DNA of 64,000 nucleotides from Planctomycetota bacterium (GTDB lineage Bacteria; Planctomycetota; B15-G4), in NCBI GenBank assembly GCA_038212275.1, contig JBBQUR010000005.1:1-64000 (forward strand). The letters run 5' to 3'. Position numbers and translations under genes: made by a program. This document shows, piece after piece, positions 50,954-60,920 of the stretch (position 1 is the stretch's first letter; the number at the start of each line of letters is the position of its first letter). The notes beneath the pieces were generated by a model, which searched no databases, was not told where the DNA came from, and worked only from the letters and a program-made list of their open reading frames with translations.

Positions 50954-52900
50954 ATGACGAAGCCTGCCGCCCGTGACGCTGATGTGCCCGAACCCGCCGC
51001 CTCCGCAGGCTTTGCGGGGCTTGGTCTGGCCGAGACTCTCATGAAGGTCGTCACGGCCCTCGGCTACGAGGAACCGACCGCGGTGCAGCGGCAGACCATT
51101 CCCGCCATGCTCGAGGGCGGCGACCTGCTCGTGCAGGCGGCGACGGGAACGGGCAAGACCGCGGCCTTCGCGCTGCCGATCATCCAGCGCCTGTCGCAAG
51201 GCGTGGAGGATGCGGCGCCGGCGCCGGAAGGCGATGCACCGCGCGTCGTCGTGTCGCGCGCCGTCGCCCGCTCCAAGGGAAAGCACGCCACGCGCGCGCT
51301 GGTGCTCGTCCCGACGCGCGAACTGGCCATCCAGGTGGCCGAGGCCGTGCACCGCTATGCGCGCGGCACGGGGCTCGCGGTGGTGCCGGTCTACGGCGGC
51401 GCGTCGATGCCGCTGCAGATGCGCGCGCTGCACCGCGGTGCAGACATCGTCGTGGCGACGCCCGGCCGGGCGCTGGACCACCTTCGTCGCGCAACGCTCT
51501 CGCTGGAAAGCCTGCTCGTGCTGGTGCTGGACGAGGCCGACGAGATGCTCGACATGGGTTTCGCCGAAGAGCTGGACGAGATCCTGCAGGCCACGCCGAA
51601 GGAGCGCCAGACGACGCTCTTCTCCGCGACGATGCCGGCGCGCATCGAGTCGATCGCCCGCAAGCACCTGCGCGACGCGCGACACGTCACCGTGGCCGGC
51701 GAGAAAACCGCCGCGGGCAAGCTGCCGCGCGTGCGCCAGATCGCCTACGTCGTGCGCCGCGACCAGAAGGCCGACGTACTCGGGCGCGTCCTCGACCTGG
51801 AGTGCCCTGAGTCCGCCATCGTCTTCTGCCGCACGCGCATCGAGGTGGACATGCTCGTGGAGAGCCTCAATTCGCGCGGGTTCCGCGCCGAGGCGCTGCA
51901 CGGAGGCTTCCAGCAGCGGCAGCGCGACGCGGTCATGGCCCGCTTTCGCGCAGCCAAGGCCGACCTGCTCATCGCGACCGACGTGGCCGCGCGCGGCCTC
52001 GACATCAAGCAGCTCTCGCACGTCGTGAACTTCGACCTGCCGGCCTCGGCGGACGCCTACGTGCATCGCATCGGCCGCACCGGGCGCGCCGGGCGCGAGG
52101 GCACGGCGATCACGCTCGTGGAGCCGCGCGAGGCGCGCCACCTGCGCAGCATCGAGCTGCTCACGCGACAGAAGATCGAGGTCGCGCCGATTCCCAGCGT
52201 GGCCGACCTGCGCGCCCGGCGCCTGGCCGCGACGCGCGAGGCGCTGCGCGAGCGCCTCGTCGCCGGCAAGCTGGACGAGGTGCGCGTGGTGGTGGAGTCG
52301 CTCGCGGAGGAGTTCGACCTGCTGGACGTCGCGGCGGCGGCGGTGCAGCTCGCGCACGCCGCGACGGCGGGGGACCGCGAAGACGAGGAGAAGGAGCTGG
52401 AGGCGCCCTTCGTGCCGGGAGCCGGTCGCGCCGCGGGCCGCGAGGGCGGAGCCATGGGCGGCCACGCCGGCGGCCATGCCGCGAAGCGCGGCCCGGAACG
52501 CGCGGACGGCCAGGCGCGCTCCGACGCGGTCGCGCCCCGCAGCCCGCACGTGCGCGTGGCGCCCGGTCGGCGCGAGCATGCCGACGACGAAGACCGCGGC
52601 GCGCCGCACGGCGGCCAGAGCAAGCGCCCGCTGCGCGGCGCGTCCACCGGCGAGTTCGGTCCGACCTGCAATCTGAAGATCACCGCGGGCCGCCTCGACG
52701 GCATCCGTCCCGCGGACCTCGTGGGCGCGATCGCCGGCGAGACCGGTGTGCCGCCGCGCGAAGTGGGCGCGATCAAGATCGCGGACCGCTTCTCGCTGGT
52801 CGAAGTGCCCGAAGCGCGCGCCGACGAGATCATCGCCGCGCTCAAGAAGACCAAGCTGCGCGGCAAGCCCGTGAAGGTCAGGCGCGGGCGCGACGGGTAG
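50954..52900 (+). CDS. deaD: DEAD-box RNA helicase (DeaD/CsdA type, C-terminal DbpA domain)
   Basis: Q motif, ATGTGKT, PTRELA, DEAD, SAT, ARGLD, HRIGRTGR; C-terminal GIRPADLVGAIAGE. Confidence 0.9.
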   Translation: MTKPAARDADVPEPAASAGFAGLGLAETLMKVVTALGYEEPTAVQRQTIPAMLEGGDLLVQAATGTGKTAAFALPIIQRLSQGVEDAAPAPEGDAPRVVVSRAVARSKGKHATRALVLVPTRELAIQVAEAVHRYARGTGLAVVPVYGGASMPLQMRALHRGADIVVATPGRALDHLRRATLSLESLLVLVLDEADEMLDMGFAEELDEILQATPKERQTTLFSATMPARIESIARKHLRDARHVTVAGEKTAAGKLPRVRQIAYVVRRDQKADVLGRVLDLECPESAIVFCRTRIEVDMLVESLNSRGFRAEALHGGFQQRQRDAVMARFRAAKADLLIATDVAARGLDIKQLSHVVNFDLPASADAYVHRIGRTGRAGREGTAITLVEPREARHLRSIELLTRQKIEVAPIPSVADLRARRLAATREALRERLVAGKLDEVRVVVESLAEEFDLLDVAAAAVQLAHAATAGDREDEEKELEAPFVPGAGRAAGREGGAMGGHAGGHAAKRGPERADGQARSDAVAPRSPHVRVAPGRREHADDEDRGAPHGGQSKRPLRGASTGEFGPTCNLKITAGRLDGIRPADLVGAIAGETGVPPREVGAIKIADRFSLVEVPEARADEIIAALKKTKLRGKPVKVRRGRDG

Positions 52901-52929
52901 GGCGCGCGGCAGACTTTCGCCACGGGCTG

Positions 52930-54122
52930 CTAGTGCTCTGCCTCACGAGTTAACAGCGAAAGTATTCGGCTCTCCGACGGTCGCGCGGCAGTACCGCTCG
53001 AGGTTGGCGAGGATCTCGTCTGCAGTCTTGGTCCAGACGAAGGGTCGAGGGTCGCCGTTGTGAGCTTGCAGGAATGCGCGGAGGTCGCGTTCGAGCGCAA
53101 AGGTGCTGCGATGCACGCCGCGCTTGAGGACGCGGCGCGCAACCAGCGAGAAGAAGCTCTCGACGAGGTTGATCCACGAAGAACTCGTGGGCGTAAAGTG
53201 CACGTGGAAGCGTGGGTGGCGCAGCAGCCAGCGCTTCACCTGGGGTGTCTTGTGCGTGCCGTAGTTGTCCAGCACGAGGTGTACGTCGAGTCCCGGCGGC
53301 ACCGACTCTTCGACGAGTTCGAGGAAGGCCGTGAACTCCTTGCTGTGATGCTTGCGGAAGCACTTGTCGATGTCGAGACCCGTGGCCACGTCCAGCGCCG
53401 CGAACAGCGACGTGGTGCCGTAGCGCAGGTAGCTCCGCGTGCGGCGCTCGGGATGCGCAAATATCAGCGGCAGCACGGGCTGGGCGCGATCGAGCGCCTG
53501 GATCTGCGACTTCTCGTCCACGCACAGCACCAGGCCTCTGTCGGGCGGGTCGAGATACAGCCCCACGATGTCGCGCACCTTGGCCACGAACTGCGGGTCC
53601 TTCGAGAGCGAGAAGGACTCGGTGCGGTGCGGCTGCAGCCCGAATGCGTGCCAGATGCGTCCGACGCTCGCGGGCGACAGCTTGAGCTCCTTCGCCAGTA
53701 GGCGCGTGCTCCAGTGCGTCGCCATCGCCGGTGTGCGCGTCAGCGTCGCATGAACCACCTGCTCCACGCGCTCATCCGAGATCGTGCGCGGGCCACCAAC
53801 GCGTGGCTCGTCGAACAGTCCGTCGATGCGCCGCTCGATAAAACGGCGGCGCCATTTCCCCACGGTTTGCTGCGACACACCCAGCTCGGCAGCCACATCA
53901 CCGCTGTGATCCACGCGCTCGCACCGCAGCACGATGCGGGCACGCTGCGCCAAGGCTTGCGGCGTCGAGTGACGACGCAGCATGCGCTGCAGCTCGTCAC
54001 GCTCGGCGTCCGAGAGAATCAACGCGGCTTTCGGTCGTCCCATGATCGCCATGATCACCTCCGTGCGCGGAGGTACGAAGCTGGCCAGCTTTATGATGGG
54101 AACTCGTGAGGCAGAGCACTAG
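52930..54122 (-). mobile_element. IS630-family insertion sequence
   Basis: Perfect inverted repeats CTAGTGCTCTGCCTCACGAGTT (52930..52951) and AACTCGTGAGGCAGAGCACTAG (54101..54122), CTAG/TA target. Confidence 0.95.
52943..54043 (-). CDS. IS630 transposase
   Basis: HTH (RARIVL, KWRRRF), DDE motifs CVDEKSQIQAL, VLDNYGTHK, SSWINLVESFF; intact frame. Confidence 0.95.
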   Translation of the reverse strand: MGRPKAALILSDAERDELQRMLRRHSTPQALAQRARIVLRCERVDHSGDVAAELGVSQQTVGKWRRRFIERRIDGLFDEPRVGGPRTISDERVEQVVHATLTRTPAMATHWSTRLLAKELKLSPASVGRIWHAFGLQPHRTESFSLSKDPQFVAKVRDIVGLYLDPPDRGLVLCVDEKSQIQALDRAQPVLPLIFAHPERRTRSYLRYGTTSLFAALDVATGLDIDKCFRKHHSKEFTAFLELVEESVPPGLDVHLVLDNYGTHKTPQVKRWLLRHPRFHVHFTPTSSSWINLVESFFSLVARRVLKRGVHRSTFALERDLRAFLQAHNGDPRPFVWTKTADEILANLERYCRATVGEPNTFAVNS

Positions 54123-56119
54123 ATGCTCTCGATACCGACGGAGGTCAGGTACGCAAACGTGTCGTCGTAGAACTCGGGCAGGCGTGTCGGGTCGTCCGCA
54201 TCGCCGTGCGGAACGAAGATCGCCATGCCTTGCCGTGCGCGCGTCAGCAGTACGCGATAGGCATTCACCAAGTAGCGCTGGGTCGCAACATCCTTGACCC
54301 GTTTCCACTGCTTGCCGTGGAACTTGCGGTGCAGCCACTGTCCGTCGCGCATCCGCAAGTCGGCGTCCCAAGTCGCGCAGATCCAGTCGAGTTCGAGGCC
54401 TTGCACCTGGAACTCGGTGGCCGCGTCTTCCAGGTAGAAGGACGACCGCGTGTCCTCCCTGTCGGCCAGGAACCAGTGCACCGGGTCGATCGTCGCGCGC
54501 ACGTCGATCGCGTGCGGCTTGAGTCGTTCCGCCTGGGACGATGCGACCAGCCCGAATCGCTCCGTGCCGCGCGCTTGAGCCCGCACCCAGGACTTCGCGC
54601 GCTGCAGGTCCCGCGTAATCACGAGCGGATAGCGGGGGCGTAACTCTCCATACAGCTCACGAGCCGCCGGCACATCGCGATCGAGAACCGCCTTCACGAA
54701 ACCGGAGACGCGCTCGGCGCGAAATGAGCGCATGGAGACCGCGAGATGGAGGTCGTCTCTCCACACGACATTCGTGCGCCTCTGCAGCGCGTCGATCGAC
54801 TCTCCCGCGGCGTACTCCGAATCCGTCAAGCGGCTGGAGATGAAGATCCGCCATTCCGGGAAGTGGGTGCGCGCCGCGTCGAGCCACGCCTGGATCCCGG
54901 CCTCGCCGTCGTGAATCTCCTGTCCTCCGCCGACGAGGCAAACCGCGACAGCCCAATCCGGGCGTCGGTTCATGTAGCTGAGCTGGAACTCCGGCTCCGA
55001 CTGGCGGAAGTCGGCGATGCCCTTGCGCGATTTCATGAAGCGCGCGGTCTTGCTCTGGTTCCAGGCGCGTTGAGCTTCGTCGAAGACCACCACGTGGTCC
55101 ACTGGTGGCTCGACCGAGCGCAGCCCTGCATCACGGAAGTGGTGCACGTTCTGGATGAACGGCTTTACGCGTTGCTCGACGTCGCCCTTGCGCACCCTGG
55201 TCCCTTCAGCGCGCAGGCGGGCAAATTCATCGCGGGTGAGCGCCTCGTGCAGGACCTTCACGAGCGGGCCGTTGCCCGAGAGGAATACGGCATGCGCCGG
55301 GTCTTCTTCGATCGACCGTCGATGCCGAGTGGCGATGTTCAGACCGACAAGCGTCTTGCCCGCCCCCGGCACGCCGGTCACGAACACAATCGCCTTCCAT
55401 CCTTCGTGCTGTGCCGCGGAGATCACCCGTTCGACCGTGCGCGAAGTATCGCCGAGGTTTTTTGCGCTCGCATCGCTGCGGGAGATGGCTTCGACGGAAT
55501 GTCGCGCATAGAGCGCGCGGGCCGCCTGCACGATCGTCGGCGTCGGCTGGTAAGGTGCCGAACCCCAACGCTCTCCGTCGAGCGGTGCTCCTGAAGCGCT
55601 CGTGCGCGCAGAGAGCACAGCCGCGAGAAGTCCTTCGGCGTTCACTTGCCGCGGCGGGCACACGCCGTCCTGGTGGATGGGAGCCCACGCGCCGTCCGAG
55701 TGCGAAGCGTCCGTTGCGACGAGGATCGGAAAGATGCGAGCGGCATGGCTGCCTCGATGGAAGTTCTTCAGATCGAGCGCGTAGTCCCACGCCTGATCGA
55801 TATCTCCGCGCAGGAACTGTGTCGCACCGACCTTGAACTCGATCGGGATCAGCGCGGCGCCGGCGAGCACCACCGCGTCGATGCGCGAGCCAAGGCGCGG
55901 AACATCGAACTCGAGGAAGATGTGGCCCTCCACCTCTGCCAGGATGCGCTGCAGGATCTCGACCTCGCGCTCCCACGCCGCCACTTGCGGCGGCTCCACG
56001 GTGAAAGCGCTCGCGCGCGTGAGATCACCGATCACAGCGCTGACCGAGGCGGACCGGAAGTTCGCCGTCGACGCTGCGTAATACGCAGATCGCAGCGCTG
56101 GGGTGAGGGAGGGTGACAC
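54119..56119 (-). CDS. DUF2075 (Schlafen group 3-like helicase) protein with N-terminal PD-(D/E)xK-like domain
   Basis: RIDAVVL...IEFK; GVPGAGKT, VFDEAQRAW, QVQGLELD, YRVLLTRARQG. Confidence 0.85.
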   Translation of the reverse strand: MSPSLTPALRSAYYAASTANFRSASVSAVIGDLTRASAFTVEPPQVAAWEREVEILQRILAEVEGHIFLEFDVPRLGSRIDAVVLAGAALIPIEFKVGATQFLRGDIDQAWDYALDLKNFHRGSHAARIFPILVATDASHSDGAWAPIHQDGVCPPRQVNAEGLLAAVLSARTSASGAPLDGERWGSAPYQPTPTIVQAARALYARHSVEAISRSDASAKNLGDTSRTVERVISAAQHEGWKAIVFVTGVPGAGKTLVGLNIATRHRRSIEEDPAHAVFLSGNGPLVKVLHEALTRDEFARLRAEGTRVRKGDVEQRVKPFIQNVHHFRDAGLRSVEPPVDHVVVFDEAQRAWNQSKTARFMKSRKGIADFRQSEPEFQLSYMNRRPDWAVAVCLVGGGQEIHDGEAGIQAWLDAARTHFPEWRIFISSRLTDSEYAAGESIDALQRRTNVVWRDDLHLAVSMRSFRAERVSGFVKAVLDRDVPAARELYGELRPRYPLVITRDLQRAKSWVRAQARGTERFGLVASSQAERLKPHAIDVRATIDPVHWFLADREDTRSSFYLEDAATEFQVQGLELDWICATWDADLRMRDGQWLHRKFHGKQWKRVKDVATQRYLVNAYRVLLTRARQGMAIFVPHGDADDPTRLPEFYDDTFAYLTSVGIESI

Positions 56120-56253
56120 GGGGTCAGACTGCCAGCTTTGCCGGCACGACGCCAGGGCCGCCTCCTCCGGAGCAGGGCAGCACGCGATACTTGTGAGACT
56201 CCTGCAGCTTCGCGAGGAGCAGGGCGCGCGGTCCGCACCCGTTTGACAAGCCG

Positions 56254-56334
56254 ATGCTGCGCTACTTCGAGCCGCTCATGGGCTGGCTGAAGGAGCAGAA
56301 CCAGGGCCGCAAGGCGACGCTGGGGGATATCTGA
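56254..56334 (+). pseudogene. Remnant 3' end of an M2 (ACE-like) peptidyl-dipeptidase gene
   Basis: Reads MLRYFEPLMGWLKEQNQGRKATLGDI*, matching the YF.PL..WL.EQN C-terminus of M2 peptidases; no upstream gene body. Confidence 0.55.
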
Positions 56335-56442
56335 GCGCGGGCCGCGCAACCTGCGAAAGTGGCCTGCGCGTCCGCGCATCGCTCGACCACGGCTCCCGCC
56401 GTTAGGCTGGGCGTCCCGCGTCCGCGCCCGAGGGTCCTCTCC

Positions 56443-59385
56443 GTGAATCACGACCACGACCGCAAGCAGATACCTGCAGACCCGCCTTCCTCGGGCGTGG
56501 AACTCGCGCCGACGGTGCTCGACCTCGTCGCGCGGCGCACCGGCGAGTCGCCGCGCGTGATGCTGCGCGACGAGGACTCGGCCACGGTCGCGTCGCCGGT
56601 GATCGACCCCAGCTCGAAGGAGACCTCCGCCGTCCCGCTCGGGCGCAGCAACTACCAGTTCCTCGGGGAGATCGCGCGCGGCGGCATGGGCGTGATCCTC
56701 AAGGGCCACGACACGGACCTCGGGCGCGACGTCGCGGTGAAGGTCCTCGACGGGCGCCTCGCCAACCACCCGGAGGTCGTGCAGCGCTTCATCGAGGAGG
56801 CGCAGATCGGCGGCCAGCTCCAGCACCCCGGCATCGTGCCCGTGTACGAGCTGGGCACGATGAAGGACGAGCGCCCCTTCTTCATCATGAAGCTGGTGAA
56901 GGGGCGTACGCTCGCGACGCTGCTCGCCGAGCGCGAATCGCCCGCGGCCGATCGCCGCCGACTCATCGACATCTTCGAGGCCGTGTGCCAGACGATGGGC
57001 TATGCGCATTCGCGCGGCGTCATCCATCGCGACCTCAAGCCCGCCAACATCATGGTCGGCGCCTTCGGCGAGGTGCAGGTGGTGGACTGGGGCCTGGCCA
57101 AAGTGCTGGCGCGCGGCGGCACGGCCGACGAGAAGCGCGCGCTTGTCATGCAGTCGCAGCTCACGGTGCTGGAGACGGTGCGCTCGAAGGAGGGCTCGGG
57201 CAGCGGGAGCGATTCGATGGTGGGCTCGGTCATGGGCACGCCGGCCTACATGCCGCCGGAACAGGCCTCGGGCAAGGTGGACCGCCTCGACGAGCGCTCG
57301 GACGTCTTCGCGCTCGGCGCGATCCTGTGCGAGATCCTCACGGGCCTGCCGCCCTACGTCGGCACGCGCGACGAGATCATCGCGGCGGCGGCGCAGGCCG
57401 AGTGCGATGCGGCGTTGAAGCGCATCGACGAGTGCGGCGCGGATCCCGAGCTGGTGAAGCTGGTGAAGCAGTGCCTGCTGCCCGCGGCGGCCGCGCGCCC
57501 GGCCAACGCGGGCGTCGTCGCGGAACGCGTGCACCAGTTTGTCGTCTCGGTGGAGGAGCGCGCCCAGGCGGCGCGCGTCGAGAGCGCCGCGGCGCTCATG
57601 CGCGTCGAGCAGGAGCGCAAGGCGCGCCGGCTGGCGGTGGCACTGGGCGTGGCCGTCGTCGCGATCCTGCTCGTGGGCGGCGCGAGCTGGGCCTTCGTGC
57701 TCAACGAGCGCGCGACGCACGAGCGCGACCTGGCCGCCGCGGCGCGCGCGAGTGCCGAGCGCGACGCGCGCCTCGCCGCCGAGGTGGGCAATGCGCTGGC
57801 CGAGGCCTCGGTGCACCAGGGCGGCGGGCATTGGGACGAGGCCATTCTCGCCGCGGATCGCGCGCGGGCGCTGGCCGAGGGCGGCGGCGCGGGGAGCGAG
57901 CTGCTCGGCCGCGTCGACGCCGTGCTCGCCGACCTGCACGGCGCGCGCGACCGCGCGCAGCTCGACGCCGAGCGCGAGGCCGACAACCGGCGCCTGCTCG
58001 CCGAACTGCTCGAGGCGCGCGAGCCGATCTGGTCCGAGGAGGGTGACAATGCCGCGCAGAACGCCGCGACCTTCGAGGCGGTCTTCCGCGCGCACGGCAT
58101 CGACATCGACGCCGGCTCGCCGGAGGACGTGGCCGCAGGCCTGAAGGTGCGCGGCCTCGGCTCGGAAATCGCGCTCTTCTTCGACTCGCTCACCGCTCTG
58201 CGCCGCCAGGCCGGCGACGTGGAAGGCACCGACCGGGCGCTGGAGGTGGCGCACGCCGTGGATCCCGATCCGCTGCGCGCCGACCTGCGCGAGGCGCTGG
58301 CCGCGCGCGAGCTCTCCGTGCTGCAGGGCATCGCCGCGTCGGGCTTCGAGGAGCAGCCCGCGATCAGCATCGAGCTGCTGGGCGCGGCGCTGGAGCAGCT
58401 CGAGCAGCGCGAGGAGGCGCGGAGCGTCTACCGCCGCGGCATCGAGCGCTTTCCCGCCGACTTCGGGCTCCAGTACCGGCTCGGGCGCATGCTCACGCCG
58501 GAGGGGATCAATCCCGGCGTGCGCGACGAGATGCTGGAGGGCCTGCAGTGCTTCCGCGCCGCGCTCGCCGTGCGTCCCGACAGCACCGTCGTGCGCTTCT
58601 ACCTCGGGCGGCTCTACTTCAAGCTGGACGAGTTCGCGCGCTCGATCACCGAGTTCGAGATCGCGCTGCGGCAGCGCCCGGACGACGGGATTTTTCTCTT
58701 CCAGCTCGGCGCGAACCGCTACCGGCTCGGGGAGGCGGAGGCGGGCCTGGCGATCCTGCGGCCGCTCATCGACCGGAAGGATCCCGAATGGCTGTCCGGC
58801 TGGGCGGCGATGATGACGGGCCGCTGCCTGATGGCGCTGGGGAGGGCGTCGGAGGCCGTGACGTACTTCGAGCGCGCCGTGGCGGCCAGCCCCGAACAGG
58901 CGCTGTTCTACGGCGGCCTCTTCGAGGCGGCTTTGGATTCGCAGAGCAGGGTGGACGCGCAGCGCATCATGGATCGCTATCTCGCGAAGGCGCCCGACGA
59001 CGCGAACATGTTCAACAACATGGCGTGGACGCTCGCCACCGCGGAGGACCCTTCCAAGCGCGACCCGTCGCGGGCCGTCGAGCTCGCCGATCGCTCGACG
59101 CAACTCAAGGACGACCCCGGCGGATGGAACACGCTCGGCGTCGCGCGCTACTACGCGGGCGACTACGACGGCGCCATCACCGCCCTGCGGCGCTCGGTGA
59201 AGATGCTGGGCTCCGGCGGCGTCGTGGACTGGCTCTTCCTGGCGATGGCCAACCACCAGCTCGGCAATGACGGCGAGGCCCGGGTCTGGTACGAGCGCAG
59301 CGTGGACTGGATGGCGGCGCAGTCGGGCGTGGAGCCCGAGGTCGCGCGCTTCCGGGCCGAGGCCGACGCGCTGTTCGCGAACTAG
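56443..59385 (+). CDS. Hanks-type Ser/Thr protein kinase with C-terminal TPRs
   Basis: [42 protein letters not shown]; hydrophobic segment; TPR array. Confidence 0.93.
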   Translation: MNHDHDRKQIPADPPSSGVELAPTVLDLVARRTGESPRVMLRDEDSATVASPVIDPSSKETSAVPLGRSNYQFLGEIARGGMGVILKGHDTDLGRDVAVKVLDGRLANHPEVVQRFIEEAQIGGQLQHPGIVPVYELGTMKDERPFFIMKLVKGRTLATLLAERESPAADRRRLIDIFEAVCQTMGYAHSRGVIHRDLKPANIMVGAFGEVQVVDWGLAKVLARGGTADEKRALVMQSQLTVLETVRSKEGSGSGSDSMVGSVMGTPAYMPPEQASGKVDRLDERSDVFALGAILCEILTGLPPYVGTRDEIIAAAAQAECDAALKRIDECGADPELVKLVKQCLLPAAAARPANAGVVAERVHQFVVSVEERAQAARVESAAALMRVEQERKARRLAVALGVAVVAILLVGGASWAFVLNERATHERDLAAAARASAERDARLAAEVGNALAEASVHQGGGHWDEAILAADRARALAEGGGAGSELLGRVDAVLADLHGARDRAQLDAEREADNRRLLAELLEAREPIWSEEGDNAAQNAATFEAVFRAHGIDIDAGSPEDVAAGLKVRGLGSEIALFFDSLTALRRQAGDVEGTDRALEVAHAVDPDPLRADLREALAARELSVLQGIAASGFEEQPAISIELLGAALEQLEQREEARSVYRRGIERFPADFGLQYRLGRMLTPEGINPGVRDEMLEGLQCFRAALAVRPDSTVVRFYLGRLYFKLDEFARSITEFEIALRQRPDDGIFLFQLGANRYRLGEAEAGLAILRPLIDRKDPEWLSGWAAMMTGRCLMALGRASEAVTYFERAVAASPEQALFYGGLFEAALDSQSRVDAQRIMDRYLAKAPDDANMFNNMAWTLATAEDPSKRDPSRAVELADRSTQLKDDPGGWNTLGVARYYAGDYDGAITALRRSVKMLGSGGVVDWLFLAMANHQLGNDGEARVWYERSVDWMAAQSGVEPEVARFRAEADALFAN

Positions 59386-59513
59386 CGCCGGCCCCGCACG
59401 CCCACTCGCGCCTTAGGCTTCCGCCGCGAGCGGGCCCGTGTTCTCGGTGATGCCGCCAACACGGCCGCGCCGGACGGTCGTGAAACCCTCCGGCGCGGCG
59501 CGTGCATGCTTCG

Positions 59514-60089
59514 TTACGGCAGCAGCTCGACGGTGATCGCGTTGGTGATCCACCAGCCCTGCGGTGCGCCGACCACCGGGAGCAGCGCCTGCATGTAGAC
59601 CTGCAGGAAGCCGTTGCCGCCCGGGACGTCTGCGATGGTGGTGCGGCCATGGACGTCCGTGGCCAGCGTCAGGATCAGCGCGCTGGAAACCTGCGGCACG
59701 ATGACGCCGCCCTTGAAATTCAGCGGCGTGCCGAAGAGCGAGGCCAGCAGGTAGACCGGCGTGAAGGCCGGGCCGTACACGCGGATGTCGGCGAGGCCGC
59801 CCGCATACAGCTCGGTGCCGTACATCTGCAGTGCGGCGGAGCCCGGACCCTGGAACAGGATGTTCGGCTGGTAGTGGGTGAAGCAGTAACCCCAGAGGAA
59901 GCCCGAGTCGGTGCCCTGGTTGCTGGACGTCGGTATGCCGTAGATCGCATCCGGCCAGTTGTCGTCGGAGGTATCGAGCCCCGCGGCGATGGTCGTGCCG
60001 AAGCCCCAGTCCGCATATGAATCGGGAGCGGGCGTCGCGCGTGACAGGCGCCCCTGCGGAGTCGACCTCGATGTGACATCACGCGTCAT
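59514..60089 (-). pseudogene. Truncated C-terminal part of an FG-GAP-type secreted protein
   Basis: One FG-GAP-like repeat (FGTTIAAGLDTSDDNWPDAIYG) plus FKGGVIVP C-terminal domain; no signal peptide or N-terminal repeats; 5' boundary approximate. Confidence 0.55.
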
Positions 60090-60154
60090 GGAGTCCCATG
60101 GCGCGACCGGGAATCGTGCAGCGCCGGACGACGTGATCCGGCTACACTCCGTGT

Positions 60155-60349
60155 GTGGAACGCGTCGTGACGATCTTCGGCAGTCACGCGGAGGCGGAAG
60201 CGGCGGACCGAGCCGCCCTGGCCGCGATGTCGCCGCAAGCGCGTCTCGACATGCTGCTCCGCATGGTCGAGCGCTATCGCGAGGGACTGGGTGTTGCTGC
60301 AAGCCGATTTGAGAGAACTTGTCGGATGGCTCCTCTCGCGGAGCGTTGA
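60155..60349 (+). CDS. Small protein, partner of the nucleotidyltransferase
   Basis: 64 aa with MSPQARLDML motif; overlaps the next gene. Confidence 0.6.
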   Translation: MERVVTIFGSHAEAEAADRAALAAMSPQARLDMLLRMVERYREGLGVAASRFERTCRMAPLAER

Positions 60350-60743
60350 CTTCGTCGTGGTAGGCGGGCACGCCGTGGCCTTCCACGGCTATCCCCGGCT
60401 CACGGAAGACGTGGACCTGCTGGTGCGACCCACCGTGGAAAACGGGCAGCGCATCGTCGCCGCCATGTCCGATTTCGGCTTCGGCAGCATGGGGCTCACC
60501 GCGGAGGCGTTTACCGCTCCCGACCGTGTCATCCAACTGGGCAGGGCGCCCAATCGCATCGACCTGCTGACCGGCATCTTCGGCGTGAGCTTCGACGAAG
60601 TGTGGTCCACGCGCGTGCAGGCCGACCTCGACGGACTGCAGGTCTCCATGATCGGTCGTGCCGAGTTGATCAGGAACAAGCGCGCCACGGGCCGACCGCA
60701 GGATCTCGCGGATGCGGATCGGCTGGAGCGGGGGCCTGGCTGA
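60291..60743 (+). CDS. Nucleotidyltransferase-fold protein (putative toxin-antitoxin component)
   Basis: VVGGHAVAFHG, TEDVDL (DxD), IDLLT, NKRATGRPQDLAD. Confidence 0.8.
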   Translation: MLLQADLRELVGWLLSRSVDFVVVGGHAVAFHGYPRLTEDVDLLVRPTVENGQRIVAAMSDFGFGSMGLTAEAFTAPDRVIQLGRAPNRIDLLTGIFGVSFDEVWSTRVQADLDGLQVSMIGRAELIRNKRATGRPQDLADADRLERGPG

Positions 60744-60920
60744 CCGCGGGCCGGCGGGGCGTCGCCGCTTTGCGTCACCAGGGTTCATCCGATGGTCTCG
60801 CGTCGGTGACGTCGCCTTCGTTATCCTCGGCTCGCCTCCGTTGACCGTCGGTCGTCGCGACCGATCGTGCGAGGCGCATCACACGCCGTCGAAAACATCT
60901 CGGGAGTCCGCGTTGCAGCC

